248,000 nt of DNA from Hyalangium minutum (GTDB taxonomy: Bacteria > Myxococcota > Myxococcia > Myxococcales > Myxococcaceae). The stretch is taken from the NCBI RefSeq assembly GCF_000737315.1, contig NZ_JMCB01000002.1, positions 268,001-516,000 of the forward strand, written 5' to 3'. Positions within the stretch are counted from its first letter, which is position 1, and every line of letters begins with the position of its first letter. The translations under genes and the position numbers were made by a program. Positions 188,033-198,300 of this stretch are shown here, in pieces. The notes beneath the pieces are model-generated. The model was given only the letters and a program-made list of their open reading frames with translations, did not search any database and was not told the DNA's origin.

Positions 188033-189132
188033 GGTCTCTCATGTGGAATGCCGTCATGACCCGGGCTGGGCTCGCAGTCACACTGATGCTCGCCGTGGCC
188101 TGTGGCGAGGAGGAAGCGCCAGGCAACGGGCCGCCGCAGAGCAGCGCGATGACCTTGTCGCGCAGCGAGCACGCGGCGGTGTTGCTTCCCTCGGGGAAGG
188201 TGCTCGTCTCGGGCGGGGTGGCCAGTAGCAGCCTGAGCACCCAGGTGAGGGGCGCCGAGCTCTACGACCCGGACACGGGTGCCTGGTCCCTGACCGGCTC
188301 CCTGAACGAGCCGCGAAACACCCATGAGGCGGTGTTGCTTCCCTCGGGGAAGGTGCTGGTCATGGGAGACGCCCACATTGGCAACACGGCCGAGCTGTAT
188401 GACCCGGAGCGGGGAACCTGGGAGCGCACGGGGAACATGCTCGGCGGCCGCATGTTTCCCCAGGCGGTGGCGCTGCCCTCGGGCCGCGTCCTCGTGGTGG
188501 GAGGCGATCCCGGTGACCCCACAAAGCCCAGCGCGGCCGAGCTGTACGAGCCGGTTACGGGCACCTGGGCCGCGACGGGCTCAGTCACCACTGGGCGGGT
188601 GATCAGGCCCGCGGCGGTGCTGCTGCCCTCGGGCAAGGTGCTGCTCTCGGGAGGAGGCTACTCGACACCTGTGGCCGGGGCGGGTCTCTACGATCCGGCC
188701 TCTGGCACCTGGAGCAACACTGGGGCGATGAAGACGCCCCACGAGGGCCACAGGGTCACGGTGCTGCCCTCGGGCAAGGTCTTGGTGGTGGGGGGCAAGG
188801 GGAGCGGCGGGGTGCTGGCCACGGCGGAGCTGTACGACCCGGCCACGGGCACCTGGAGCCTTGCGGCCTTCATGGCCCAGGGCCGCACGGGACACACGCT
188901 CACCCTCTTGCCTTCCGGAAAGGTGCTCGTCACGGGCGGGCGCAATGACACCAGCACGTTCTCCACGGCGGAGCTGTATGACCCGGAGACGGACACCTGG
189001 AGCAGCGCGCCTCCCATGGCTGAGCCGCGCAGCGGCCATACGGCCACCTTGCTGCCCTCGGGCGAGGTGCTGATTGCGGGCGGGGCCAGCGATGAGCGCT
189101 CGCTCAACTCGTCGGAGCTCTACACGCCCTGA
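188029..189132 (+). CDS. Kelch-repeat lipoprotein
   Basis: AVAC; LPSGKVLV.GG repeats. Confidence 0.88.
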   Translation: MRSLMWNAVMTRAGLAVTLMLAVACGEEEAPGNGPPQSSAMTLSRSEHAAVLLPSGKVLVSGGVASSSLSTQVRGAELYDPDTGAWSLTGSLNEPRNTHEAVLLPSGKVLVMGDAHIGNTAELYDPERGTWERTGNMLGGRMFPQAVALPSGRVLVVGGDPGDPTKPSAAELYEPVTGTWAATGSVTTGRVIRPAAVLLPSGKVLLSGGGYSTPVAGAGLYDPASGTWSNTGAMKTPHEGHRVTVLPSGKVLVVGGKGSGGVLATAELYDPATGTWSLAAFMAQGRTGHTLTLLPSGKVLVTGGRNDTSTFSTAELYDPETDTWSSAPPMAEPRSGHTATLLPSGEVLIAGGASDERSLNSSELYTP

Positions 189133-189152
189133 CTTCGGCTCTCCGGCCACTC

Positions 189153-190772
189153 GTGGTATGGGCCGTGGCTGTCTTGGAGTCTCTCGAACCCGCCCTCTCC
189201 AGCAACAGAGCCAGTCTGGGGTCCCTCGTTCCGTATCTGGGGCTGGGCATGCTGCTGGCCTGGGTGTCGACGCCCCCCGTGGCGATGGCCGCGTGCTTCG
189301 TGGCGACCCTGATGCTGGTGCCCTCGCGGAAGCTGGCGGAGGTTCCCCGGCTTCCTTCCTTCGTGACACTGTCCGGGCTGGTGGTCTTCCTGGCGTGGAT
189401 CGTGACGAGGGGGACGTTCTCCTGGGACGAGCGCGAGGCGCTGAGCAGCGCGTACGACGCGCTGGCGCGCAGCCTCCGTGAGGGCTCGGCGGAAGTGCCT
189501 CGCGAGGACATCCAGTGGGAGGCCTGGAGCGTGGGAGGCCGCACGTTCATGTACTTTGGGCCGTTCCCCGCGCTGCTGCGGATGCTGCCGGACGCGCTCA
189601 TGCCCGGGCGGTACGGGCTCTGGTCGAGGCTCTCGGGGTTCCTCGCGGTGGTGCTCTGCCTGGGAGTCGTGGTCGCCATCACCCGGCGGCAGCTCGGCGA
189701 GAACGAGCGGCTCGGGGCACGCGGGCGCGCGGTCCTGTTCTTCGCGACGGTGGCCGCCGTGGGGCTGGGCTCGGTGCTCGTTCTCCTGGGTTCGCTCGCG
189801 AACCTGTACCACGAGGCCATTCTCTGGGGCCTGTGCGCCGCGCTGTGGGGTGTGTTCTTCATGCTCGGCGTGCTGCGGGATGACGCGGGAGCTTGGCGGA
189901 GCCTTGCGCTGCTCTCGGTGGCTGCGGGCGTGGCATTCCTCTCGCGGGTGACGTTCGGCCTGCCGCTCTACGCGCTCGTCTCGGGGCTCGCGCTGCGGCG
190001 GCTCATTCTCCAGGTGCGGCGGGAGCGGCAGCCTTTGTTCACGGCGGCGGGATGGGTGGCGCTGGCGTTGCTCCCAGCGGTCGCGGCGGGCCTCTTCCAC
190101 CTCTGGTACAACCACGCGCGCTTCGGCTCGCCGTTCGAGTTCGCGCCCTTCGCCGCGTACGAGTCTCCCTCGAAGCCACAGGGTGTGGACAGCCCGTTCC
190201 ACTGGAGTCGCATCCCGAGCGGTGCCCTGGCGTACTTCCGTATCTCGCTGGAGAACTTCCGCCTCGGGGTGCCGTTCCTGACGTTCTCGAATCCGGCGGT
190301 CTTCCGGCCGGAGCTCTACCGAGACCTGTCCACGTTGCTCATCTCGCCGCTGCTCGTCTCGCCGTGGCTGGTGGTGGCGCTCGTGGGCGGACTGCTGCTC
190401 CCAGGCAGGCCGGGAGAGCGCAGGGGGTGGATGCTCTGGGCGCTTCCGTTCGCGGCGCAGGGTCTGCTCATCCTGGCCTACTACTGGTTGGCGTACCGGT
190501 TCACGGCGGAGTTCCTGCCATTGGGCATCTGGTTCCTCGCGGCGTACCTGCGCCGGGCTGGAGCGGAGCGGGGCGTGAAGCGGCTCCTCTCACCCCCGGT
190601 CTTCGCGGCGGTGGCGGTGCTCTCCGTGGTGGCGACGATGACGTCCCTGTTCCACTTCGAGAGCCGGTGGTGGGCGTACCCGGAGAAATACCGCCAGCGC
190701 CTCTCGCGTACCTTCGAGGCGTATGACGCGCGCCTCGGTCTGGGCACGCTCGGCAGTGCCCGGGAAGAGTGA
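189153..190772 (+). CDS. Polytopic membrane protein, GT-C-like
   Basis: Many TM segments; YFGP.PALL; YHEA; YN..RFG. Confidence 0.6.
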   Translation: MVWAVAVLESLEPALSSNRASLGSLVPYLGLGMLLAWVSTPPVAMAACFVATLMLVPSRKLAEVPRLPSFVTLSGLVVFLAWIVTRGTFSWDEREALSSAYDALARSLREGSAEVPREDIQWEAWSVGGRTFMYFGPFPALLRMLPDALMPGRYGLWSRLSGFLAVVLCLGVVVAITRRQLGENERLGARGRAVLFFATVAAVGLGSVLVLLGSLANLYHEAILWGLCAALWGVFFMLGVLRDDAGAWRSLALLSVAAGVAFLSRVTFGLPLYALVSGLALRRLILQVRRERQPLFTAAGWVALALLPAVAAGLFHLWYNHARFGSPFEFAPFAAYESPSKPQGVDSPFHWSRIPSGALAYFRISLENFRLGVPFLTFSNPAVFRPELYRDLSTLLISPLLVSPWLVVALVGGLLLPGRPGERRGWMLWALPFAAQGLLILAYYWLAYRFTAEFLPLGIWFLAAYLRRAGAERGVKRLLSPPVFAAVAVLSVVATMTSLFHFESRWWAYPEKYRQRLSRTFEAYDARLGLGTLGSAREE

Positions 190773-190790
190773 GGCAGGGTTGAGAGCGCC

Positions 190791-191741
190791 TCAGCTCTTG
190801 GGCTGGATGAGCTCGGTGGAGAAGTAGCGCTCCATGCGGTCAGGGAACACCGTCACCACCTGAGCGCCGGGCCCCAGGCGCTTGGCGGCTTCCACTGCCG
190901 CCGCGTAGTTGAGGCCCGACGAAGGCCCCACCGGGAAGCCGCGCTTGATGAGCGCCCGGGCGGTGCGCATGGCCACCTCGTCCGAGACGTTCAGCTCCAC
191001 CAGCCCCGGCAGGTCCGCCTGCCGGTACAGCAGCGACAGCCCATCCACCACGCCCGGCACGCGCGAGCTGAAGCTGCAGCACTCCATGTCGCTGCCCATG
191101 CCGGAGATGGGCTTGGCCACGAACGGCGTCACCGGGCAGCCTGCCTCCGCGAACGCCTGGTACAGGCCCACCACCGTGCCACCCGTGCCCACGCCGCTCA
191201 CCACGCCGTGCACGAGCCCGCCCGGCACCTGCGAGAGGATCTCCTGCCCCGTCCACACCCGGTGCGCCTCGGCGTTGTCCGGGTTCTCGAACTGGCGCGG
191301 CGCGAAGGCCTTGCGCTCCTGGGAGAACTCCGCCGCGCGCTGGATGGCGGCCCGGATGCCCTCGCCCCGAGGCACCAGCACCACATCGCCGCCATAGGCG
191401 CGGATGGTGAGCACGCGCTCATCCGTGACGCCCTCCGGCATGACGGCGGTGAACTTCAACCCCATCTGCGCCGAGGCCAGCGCCAGCGCGATGCTCGTCG
191501 AGCCGCTCGAGGCCTCCACCACCTCGCCGCCGGGGCACAGCTCGCCCAGCCGCCACGCCTTCTCCAGCATGTAGCGGGCGATGCGGTCCTTGGTGGAGCC
191601 GCTCGGGTTGAGGAACTCCAGCTTGCACCAGATGGTGGGCCCCTCCTCCTGCAGGCGGACGGGCACCAGCGGCGTGGGGCCAATGGCCTGGATGAAGCGG
191701 CCATCGGCGGGCAGGGGGCGACAAGGGGCGCGAGGGTTCAT
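190791..191741 (-). CDS. PLP-dependent cysteine synthase family
   Basis: IG.TPL, NPSGS.KDR, GTGGT. Confidence 0.9.
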   Translation of the reverse strand: MNPRAPCRPLPADGRFIQAIGPTPLVPVRLQEEGPTIWCKLEFLNPSGSTKDRIARYMLEKAWRLGELCPGGEVVEASSGSTSIALALASAQMGLKFTAVMPEGVTDERVLTIRAYGGDVVLVPRGEGIRAAIQRAAEFSQERKAFAPRQFENPDNAEAHRVWTGQEILSQVPGGLVHGVVSGVGTGGTVVGLYQAFAEAGCPVTPFVAKPISGMGSDMECCSFSSRVPGVVDGLSLLYRQADLPGLVELNVSDEVAMRTARALIKRGFPVGPSSGLNYAAAVEAAKRLGPGAQVVTVFPDRMERYFSTELIQPKS

Positions 191742-191933
191742 GAGGGGCTCGGGTTCCGTTCCACATACCTCGAAAGCCTGCGTCCCGGGGAGGGCCCCAG
191801 ATGACTCCTAGCGGACAGAACGCCCGCTTTCCTGGCTGTCATTCCGGCCAGGGTGCGACCGGAGCTTCCACCAGCCAACCAATGGGCGCGGAGCCTGTCG
191901 CTTCTTTCAGGGAAGACCGCCACTCTGTTGGGC

Positions 191934-192518
191934 ATGCCGAACGAAAAGCTCGTCTTCGCTCAATCCGTGGAGGCCCTCTTCGTCCGGTCGCTCGGACCGC
192001 ATCTGACGTCCGAGGGACGGCGCTTGCTGCGTGGCGTGGGGTTGGATCTCTCCGAGCCGCTGCGGCCCTCCTACTCGCTGGAGCAGTGGCGAACCTTCCT
192101 GCGCGTGGCCGCGCCGGATGTGTTCCCCAGGGCTTCGCCTGATGCCGCCTACTTCGGGCTGGGCGAGCGCTACGTGCAAGGCTACCGGCAGACGGCGGTG
192201 GGCCGCGCGAGCATGGCCCTCATCGCGCACCTGGGGCCTCGGGGCACGCTGGAGCGCGTCACCCATGGCGCTCGCGCGGGCAACAACTTCAACGAGGCCC
192301 GCGTGAAGGAGCTGGGCAACCGCGAGGCCACGCTCTGGATGAAGAACGTGTCCGCGGACAATCCGTTCTTCGCCTGTGGCTTCGTGGCGGAGACGCTGCG
192401 GGGCTCGGGGGCCGCGGAGATTCACGTGGAGCCCGTGGCGTTCGACGGCATCTCCGCCACCTTCCGCATCACCTGGGAGGTCGCCTCCCGGCGCCCGGTC
192501 GTTGCTGCTGCGGGGTGA
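191934..192518 (+). CDS. DUF2378/TIGR02265-like myxobacterial protein
   Basis: VF..SVEALF, G.RY..GY..T. Confidence 0.75.
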   Translation: MPNEKLVFAQSVEALFVRSLGPHLTSEGRRLLRGVGLDLSEPLRPSYSLEQWRTFLRVAAPDVFPRASPDAAYFGLGERYVQGYRQTAVGRASMALIAHLGPRGTLERVTHGARAGNNFNEARVKELGNREATLWMKNVSADNPFFACGFVAETLRGSGAAEIHVEPVAFDGISATFRITWEVASRRPVVAAAG

Positions 192519-192538
192519 GCGTGGCGGGAGCGTGGCTC

Positions 192539-193798
192539 CTACGTCGGAGTCTCGCTGAGCCGGGCGGCGTGCGTCAGGAGGTAGTTGCGCTCCGACAGGC
192601 TCGTGGTGCGCTCCGCGGCGCGCCGGTAGTGCGTGATGGCGCCTTCGAGGTCTCCGGCCCGCTCCAGCAGGTGCGCGCGCACCGCGTCCAGGCGGTGGTG
192701 GCCTTCGAGGCGGGGATCCTCTGAGAGCGCATCGAGCCGCTCGAGGCCCGCGGCTGGACCGTGCACCATCGCCGTGGCGATGGCGCAGTTGAGCGTCACC
192801 ATCGGGTTGTCGGACATGCGCTGCAGCACTTCGTACAGCGCGAGGATCTCCGCCCAGTCCGTGGCCTCGGTGCTGGGCGCCTCGTCGTGCACGGCGGCGA
192901 TGGCGGCCTGCAGTTGATAGGGGCCGACGGCGCCCCGTGACAGCGCGGTGGTGACGAGCGCCACGCCCTCGGCAATGGCACTGCGGTCCCAGAGGCTCCG
193001 GTCCTGCTCGTCAAGCGGGATGAGCTCGCCGGAGGGGCCGGTTCGCGCGGCACGCCGGGCGTCGGTGAGGAGCATGATCGCGAGGAGCCCCTCGATTTCG
193101 GCATCGCCGGGGACGAGGCGGTGGAGCATGCGCGTGAGGCGGATGGCCTCGTTGGAGAGATCGCTGCGGTGGAGCTCGGGGCCCGATGAGGCGGTGTAGC
193201 CCTCGTTGAAGATGAGATACAGCACGTGCATCACGGCGCCGAGGCGTGCGGTGCGCTCCTCGGGGGTGGGCTGCTGGAAGGGGACGCCGGAGGACTTGAT
193301 GGTCTGCTTGGCGCGGCTGATTCGCTGCGCCAGGGTGGCCTCGGGCACGAGGAAGGCCTTGGCGATCTCGAAGGTCGTCAGGCCGCCGACGGCGCGAAGC
193401 GTGAGGGCGATGGCGGAGGAGGGCGAGAGCGTGGGGTGGCAGCACATGAAGAGCAGGTCGAGGGTGTCATCGCGCTCGGTGGCGCCGGCCTCATCGGCGG
193501 CGAGGGCGAGCTGTTCCTCGGGAGGCACGAGGCTGACCACGAGCTGCTCGCGGTGTCGGCGGGCGGCCTCGGCGCGGACCTGATCGGTGATGCGGCGGGA
193601 GGCGACCTGGATGAGCCATGCGCGCGGATTGTCGGGGAGGCCCTCGCGCGGCCACTGGGTGGTGGCGGCGATGAGGGCCTCCTGGACCGCGTCTTCCGAA
193701 GCGGCGAAGTCGCGGAACCGGCGGATGACGGCGCCCAGCACCTGCGGCGCGAGGTCGCGCAACAGGTGCAGGGTGCGGGTGTCCAGGGAGGGGTTCAT
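192539..193798 (-). CDS. ECF sigma factor with C-terminal TPR/DUF6596 extension
   Basis: AEDAVQEA, LFMCCHP, FNEGY, YQLQAAIAA.H. Confidence 0.9.
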   Translation of the reverse strand: MNPSLDTRTLHLLRDLAPQVLGAVIRRFRDFAASEDAVQEALIAATTQWPREGLPDNPRAWLIQVASRRITDQVRAEAARRHREQLVVSLVPPEEQLALAADEAGATERDDTLDLLFMCCHPTLSPSSAIALTLRAVGGLTTFEIAKAFLVPEATLAQRISRAKQTIKSSGVPFQQPTPEERTARLGAVMHVLYLIFNEGYTASSGPELHRSDLSNEAIRLTRMLHRLVPGDAEIEGLLAIMLLTDARRAARTGPSGELIPLDEQDRSLWDRSAIAEGVALVTTALSRGAVGPYQLQAAIAAVHDEAPSTEATDWAEILALYEVLQRMSDNPMVTLNCAIATAMVHGPAAGLERLDALSEDPRLEGHHRLDAVRAHLLERAGDLEGAITHYRRAAERTTSLSERNYLLTHAARLSETPT

Positions 193799-194193
193799 CC
193801 GATCAGGTCTTTGGGCGGGCCGCTCGGGACGAGGCGCACTTCGATGGACATGTTGAGGGGCTCACCGCCGGGGCCGGGGGCGGCAGAGGCCTCGGCGGCG
193901 ATGGCGTAGGCGCGCTCGGGGGAGTCGACGTCGATGATCCAGAAGCCGGCGAGGAACTCCTTGGACTCGGGGAAGACGCCGTCGGTGATGGGCTTGCCGT
194001 CCTTGCCGGCGCGCACGCGCTTGGCCTGCTCGGGGCCGGAGAGGCCCTCGCCGGCAACGAGCTCGCCCGACTCGGTGAGCTTCTTGGAGAACTGCATCAT
194101 GAAGGCGATATGGGCCTGGAGGTCCTTCTTGGGCCAGCTGGCGATCTGGTACGGCCCATTGCCAGGGTGGTTCATCATCAGCATGTACTTCAT
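193795..194193 (-). CDS. YciI/DGPF protein
   Basis: TDG.F.ESKE.LAGFW. Confidence 0.9.
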   Translation of the reverse strand: MKYMLMMNHPGNGPYQIASWPKKDLQAHIAFMMQFSKKLTESGELVAGEGLSGPEQAKRVRAGKDGKPITDGVFPESKEFLAGFWIIDVDSPERAYAIAAEASAAPGPGGEPLNMSIEVRLVPSGPPKDLIG

Positions 194194-194388
194194 GGGTGGC
194201 TCCTTATTGACGGGCGCTCCAGCGTGGAGCGTGCGTTCACCGAGGAGTCGGAGCCCAAAAGCGGTTCTCGACATCGGCGACGCGCTCTTTCGACATTTTT
194301 TCCGAGCTCGCGCAAGTGCCTGGAATGATTGATGTTGGCGGCGGGGCAGGGCTCCTCATCGGAGGTTGAGGCTGATAAATTCGCTCAA

Positions 194389-194817
194389 ATGCCGAGGCTT
194401 ATCGCCCTCCTACCATTGTTGGTGCTCACGGGCTGGGGATGTGCGGTCAAGCCCGGTGTTCGTGGAGGAACGCTCTACCAAACAGCACCGGCTTCTGGCC
194501 CAGCCACACCACTGCCAACTGAGGGACATACGAGGGGGTTCTCGTTCTGCGAACTCAATCCAGATATTTGTCTGGACCCTTTACCTGCTCCGGAGCCAGG
194601 CGAGGCCGAAGTTACTGCGGACCCTTGGAAGTCCTTGGCGTGCATTCAGGCGTGCCAAGCCGGGAGTGAGGCGATGGAGACCTTCTGCGCGAGACTTCCG
194701 GGAAGGACGAAGCGTCAGCAGAAGATCAAGGCCATGTGCTTTGGCTCATGCTACGCGGGGAAGGCCGCATGCATCGTGTTCTGCCGGGCCACCTTTGGTC
194801 CTCCGAGGGAACCATGA
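194389..194817 (+). CDS. Small Cys-rich lipoprotein, putative toxin
   Basis: Lipobox GWGC; C..AC..G...FC...C..SC...C..FC. Confidence 0.55.
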   Translation: MPRLIALLPLLVLTGWGCAVKPGVRGGTLYQTAPASGPATPLPTEGHTRGFSFCELNPDICLDPLPAPEPGEAEVTADPWKSLACIQACQAGSEAMETFCARLPGRTKRQQKIKAMCFGSCYAGKAACIVFCRATFGPPREP

Positions 194818-195203
194818 AGTCGCGATCCGTGCCGCAGGACGAGGCTTGGCGCCCGAAGCTGAGCCGGATTGAGGACCCGATCGCGGAGGATTGCTGGGAG
194901 TACGTCACTCCCAAGGGGCAGAAGCGCTTCTCTCGGCTCATGGTGGGGCGGCCAGTGCACTACCCCGAGCATCAGCTCTGGTACTGCCCGGTCCTGATCG
195001 AGGGCTACACCCAGCCTCGGATCAAGCCGATCTTCGGCATGGGGCCTGTGGATTCGCTGATGAATGCGATGACCTTCGTCCGCACGTTCTTCGAGGAGAA
195101 CTCCGAGGTTCTGCCTGGAGCGAAACCAGCGGGTACTCAGCGGTCTCGCCCGGCCGCTTCTCGCAAGAGATCCACGCCTCGCCGAAAGTCCCGGTCCGTG
195201 TAG
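194814..195203 (+). CDS. DUF6968-like putative immunity protein
   Basis: VGRP....W.CP..I.G......G.DS..A; overlaps the upstream stop. Confidence 0.6.
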   Translation: MKSRSVPQDEAWRPKLSRIEDPIAEDCWEYVTPKGQKRFSRLMVGRPVHYPEHQLWYCPVLIEGYTQPRIKPIFGMGPVDSLMNAMTFVRTFFEENSEVLPGAKPAGTQRSRPAASRKRSTPRRKSRSV

Positions 195204-195301
195204 GTCCCCAAGGCAGCTTCATGCCCTGCTAGGGGATCCAACAGGTAGGCGTGGCGCGCATTGACGGCGTGCTGTACCTGTGTTCAGGCTACGGGTGCGC
195301 C

Positions 195302-198300
195302 ATGGCTCCGCAGATCTCCATTGATTTCCACGCCGCTCAGGCGGCTCACCCCTCGTTGATGCCCTTCCATCCGGTGGTGCGCCGGTGGTTCGCGGAGCGG
195401 CTGGGCGAGCCCTCGCAGCCCCAGGTCGAGGGCTGGCCGCTCATTCAAGCGGGGCATGACGTCCTCATCGCCGCCCCCACCGGCAGCGGTAAGACGCTGA
195501 CCGCCTTCCTGGCCGCACTCGATGGGTTGTTCCGCCAGGCGCTCGAAGGCACGCTCCGGGACCAGACGCAGGTGCTGTACGTGTCGCCCCTCAAGGCCCT
195601 GGGCAACGACGTGCAGAAGAACCTCCTGCAGCCGCTCGAGGAGCTGCTCACCCGGGCCCGTGCCGAGGGCTACTCGCCCCAGGACCTGCGCGTCCAGGTG
195701 CGCACCGGTGACACCTCCGCCTCCGAGCGCGCGCAGATGATCAAGCGCCCGCCGCACATCCTCATCACCACGCCGGAGTCGCTCTACCTCTACCTCACCG
195801 CCGATCGCGCCCGCGCCACCCTGCGCGCCGTCCACACCGTCATCGTGGACGAGATCCACGCCCTCGCCCGCGACAAGCGCGGCAGCCACTTCACGCTCTC
195901 CCTGGAGCGGCTCAAGGTCCTCACCGAGGTGCGCCCTCAGCTCATCGGCCTGTCCGCTACCCAGAAGCCGCTGGACCGGATCGCTGGCTTCCTCACCGGC
196001 GCCACCCTCCAAGAGTGCAAGCGCGTCGAAGTGGGCCACGTGCGTCCCTGGGACCTCACCGTCGAGATTCCCGACGCAGAGCTGAGCTCCATCGCCTCGC
196101 ACGAGATGTGGGGCCAGATCTACGACCGATTGGTGCAGCTGACCTCGGAGCACCGCACCACGCTCATCTTCGTCAACACGCGCAAGATGGCCGAGCGCGT
196201 GGCGCATGACCTCGGCGAGCGCCTGGGCAAGCACAAGGTCGCGGCCCACCACGGCAGCATGTCGCGAGAGATTCGCCTCTCCGCCGAGGAGCGGCTCAAG
196301 AGCGGCCAGCTCGTGGCGATGGTGGCCACCGCCTCGCTGGAGCTCGGCATCGACGTGGGCAACGTGGACCTCGTGGTCCAGTTGGGCACCACGAAGGCCA
196401 TCTCCGTGCTGCTCCAGCGCGTGGGCCGCGCCGGCCACTATAAAGGTGGCATCTCCAAGGGCCTCCTCTTCGCGATGACCCGCGACGAGCTGGTCGAGTG
196501 CGTCGCGCTGCTCAACGCCGTGCGCGAGGGCGAGCTGGACGCGGTGCGCATCCCCGAGAAGCCCATGGATGTGCTCGCGCAGCAGATCGTCGCCGCCTGC
196601 GCCTGCGAGGAGTGGGACGAGCGTGCCCTGTTCTCCGTCTTCCAGCGCGCCTACCCGTACCGGGACCTCACGTGGGAGGAGTACCAGTCCGTAGTGGAGA
196701 CGCTCTCGGAGGGCATCTCCCTGCGCCGGGGCCGCAGCGGCGTGCACCTGCACCGCGACCGGGTGAACCACAAGCTGAAGGGACGCCGCGGCGTGCGCAT
196801 CACCGCGCTGACCAATGGCGGTGCCATCCCCGACACCTTCTCCTTCTCCGTCACCGCCGAGCCCGAGGGAAAGATTGTCGGCCAGCTCGACGAGGACTTC
196901 GCGGTGGAGTCCTCCCCCGGCGACATCTTCCTGCTGGGCTCCACGGCGTGGCGCATCCAGCGCGTGACGGGCAGCACCGTGCAGGTGGAGGACGCGAAGG
197001 GCGCTCCCCCCACGGTGCCCTTCTGGCGCGGCGAGGCCCCTGGCCGCACCGACGAGCTGTCCCTCCAGGTGGGCCGCCTGCGCGAGGAGTTGCTGCGGCA
197101 CGATGACCCCGCAGCCTTCCTCCAGAAGCAGCTGCAGGTGCCCGCCCCCGCGACGGACGCGCTGCTGGGCTACCTGCGCCTGGGACAGAAGATGCTAGGC
197201 GGCGTGATTCCCAGCCACACCACCGTGGTGGCCGAGCGCTTCTTCGACGAGGCGGGCGGCATGCAGCTCATCATCCACGCGCCCTTCGGTAGCCGCATCA
197301 ACCGCGCGTGGGGCCTGGCCCTGCGCAAGCGCTTCTGCCGCTCCTTCGACTTCGAGCTGCAGGCCGCTGCCACCGAGGACGGTCTCCTGCTCTCCCTGGG
197401 CGAGCAGCACTCCTTCCCGCTGGGCGACATCTTCGAGTTCCTCCACCCGGACAACGTGGAGGAGGTGCTGGTGCAGGCCGTGCTCCAGGCCCCCATCTTT
197501 GGCACCCGCTTCCGGTGGAATGCGACGCGCTCGCTGGCGCTCAACCGCTTCTCCGGCGGCAAGCGCGTGGCCCCCAACCTCCAGCGCGCCCGGAGTGAGG
197601 ACCTGCTGGCCGCCGTCTTCCCCGCGCAGGTGGGCTGCCAGGACAACCACGGCGGTGGCGACATCGAGCTGCCGGGCCATCCGCTGGTGAAGCAGACAAT
197701 GGAGGACTGTCTGCGCGAGGCCATGGACATCGACGGCCTGCGCGAGGTGCTCCGCCGCATCAAGGATGGGCGCATCCGCCTGGAGGCCCGTGATGTGCCG
197801 GAGCCCAGCGTCTTCGCCCACCAGATGATCAACAGCATGCCGTACACCTTCCTGGACGACGCGCCAGCGGAGGAGCGGCGGGTGCGCAATGTGGCGCTGC
197901 GCCGGGCCATGCCCGCCGAGGATGCGGCGGCCTTCGGGGCGCTCGACGCCGGAGCCATCGCCCAGGTGGTGGAGGACGCGGCGCCCCCCATGCGCGACGC
198001 GGACGAGCTGCACGATGCGCTGCTGCAGTTGGTGCTGCTGCGGTCCTCGGAAGTGCCTCGGGGGCTGGATGCGCCGCTCTTCGCGCAGGGCCGTGTGGCG
198101 TGGCTGGAGCTTCCGGGCGGACGCTTCCTGGTCCCCGCCGAGCGTGGCACTGCCGTCCGGGCGCTTTTCCCCGAGGTGGCGACTCAGCCGGAGCTGCCGC
198201 TGCTGGAGGGCGACAAGCCCATGGAGCGGGACGCGGCGGTGCTCCAGGTGGTGCGCGGGTATATGGAGATGCTCGGGCCCACCACCGCGGGCGAGCTCGC

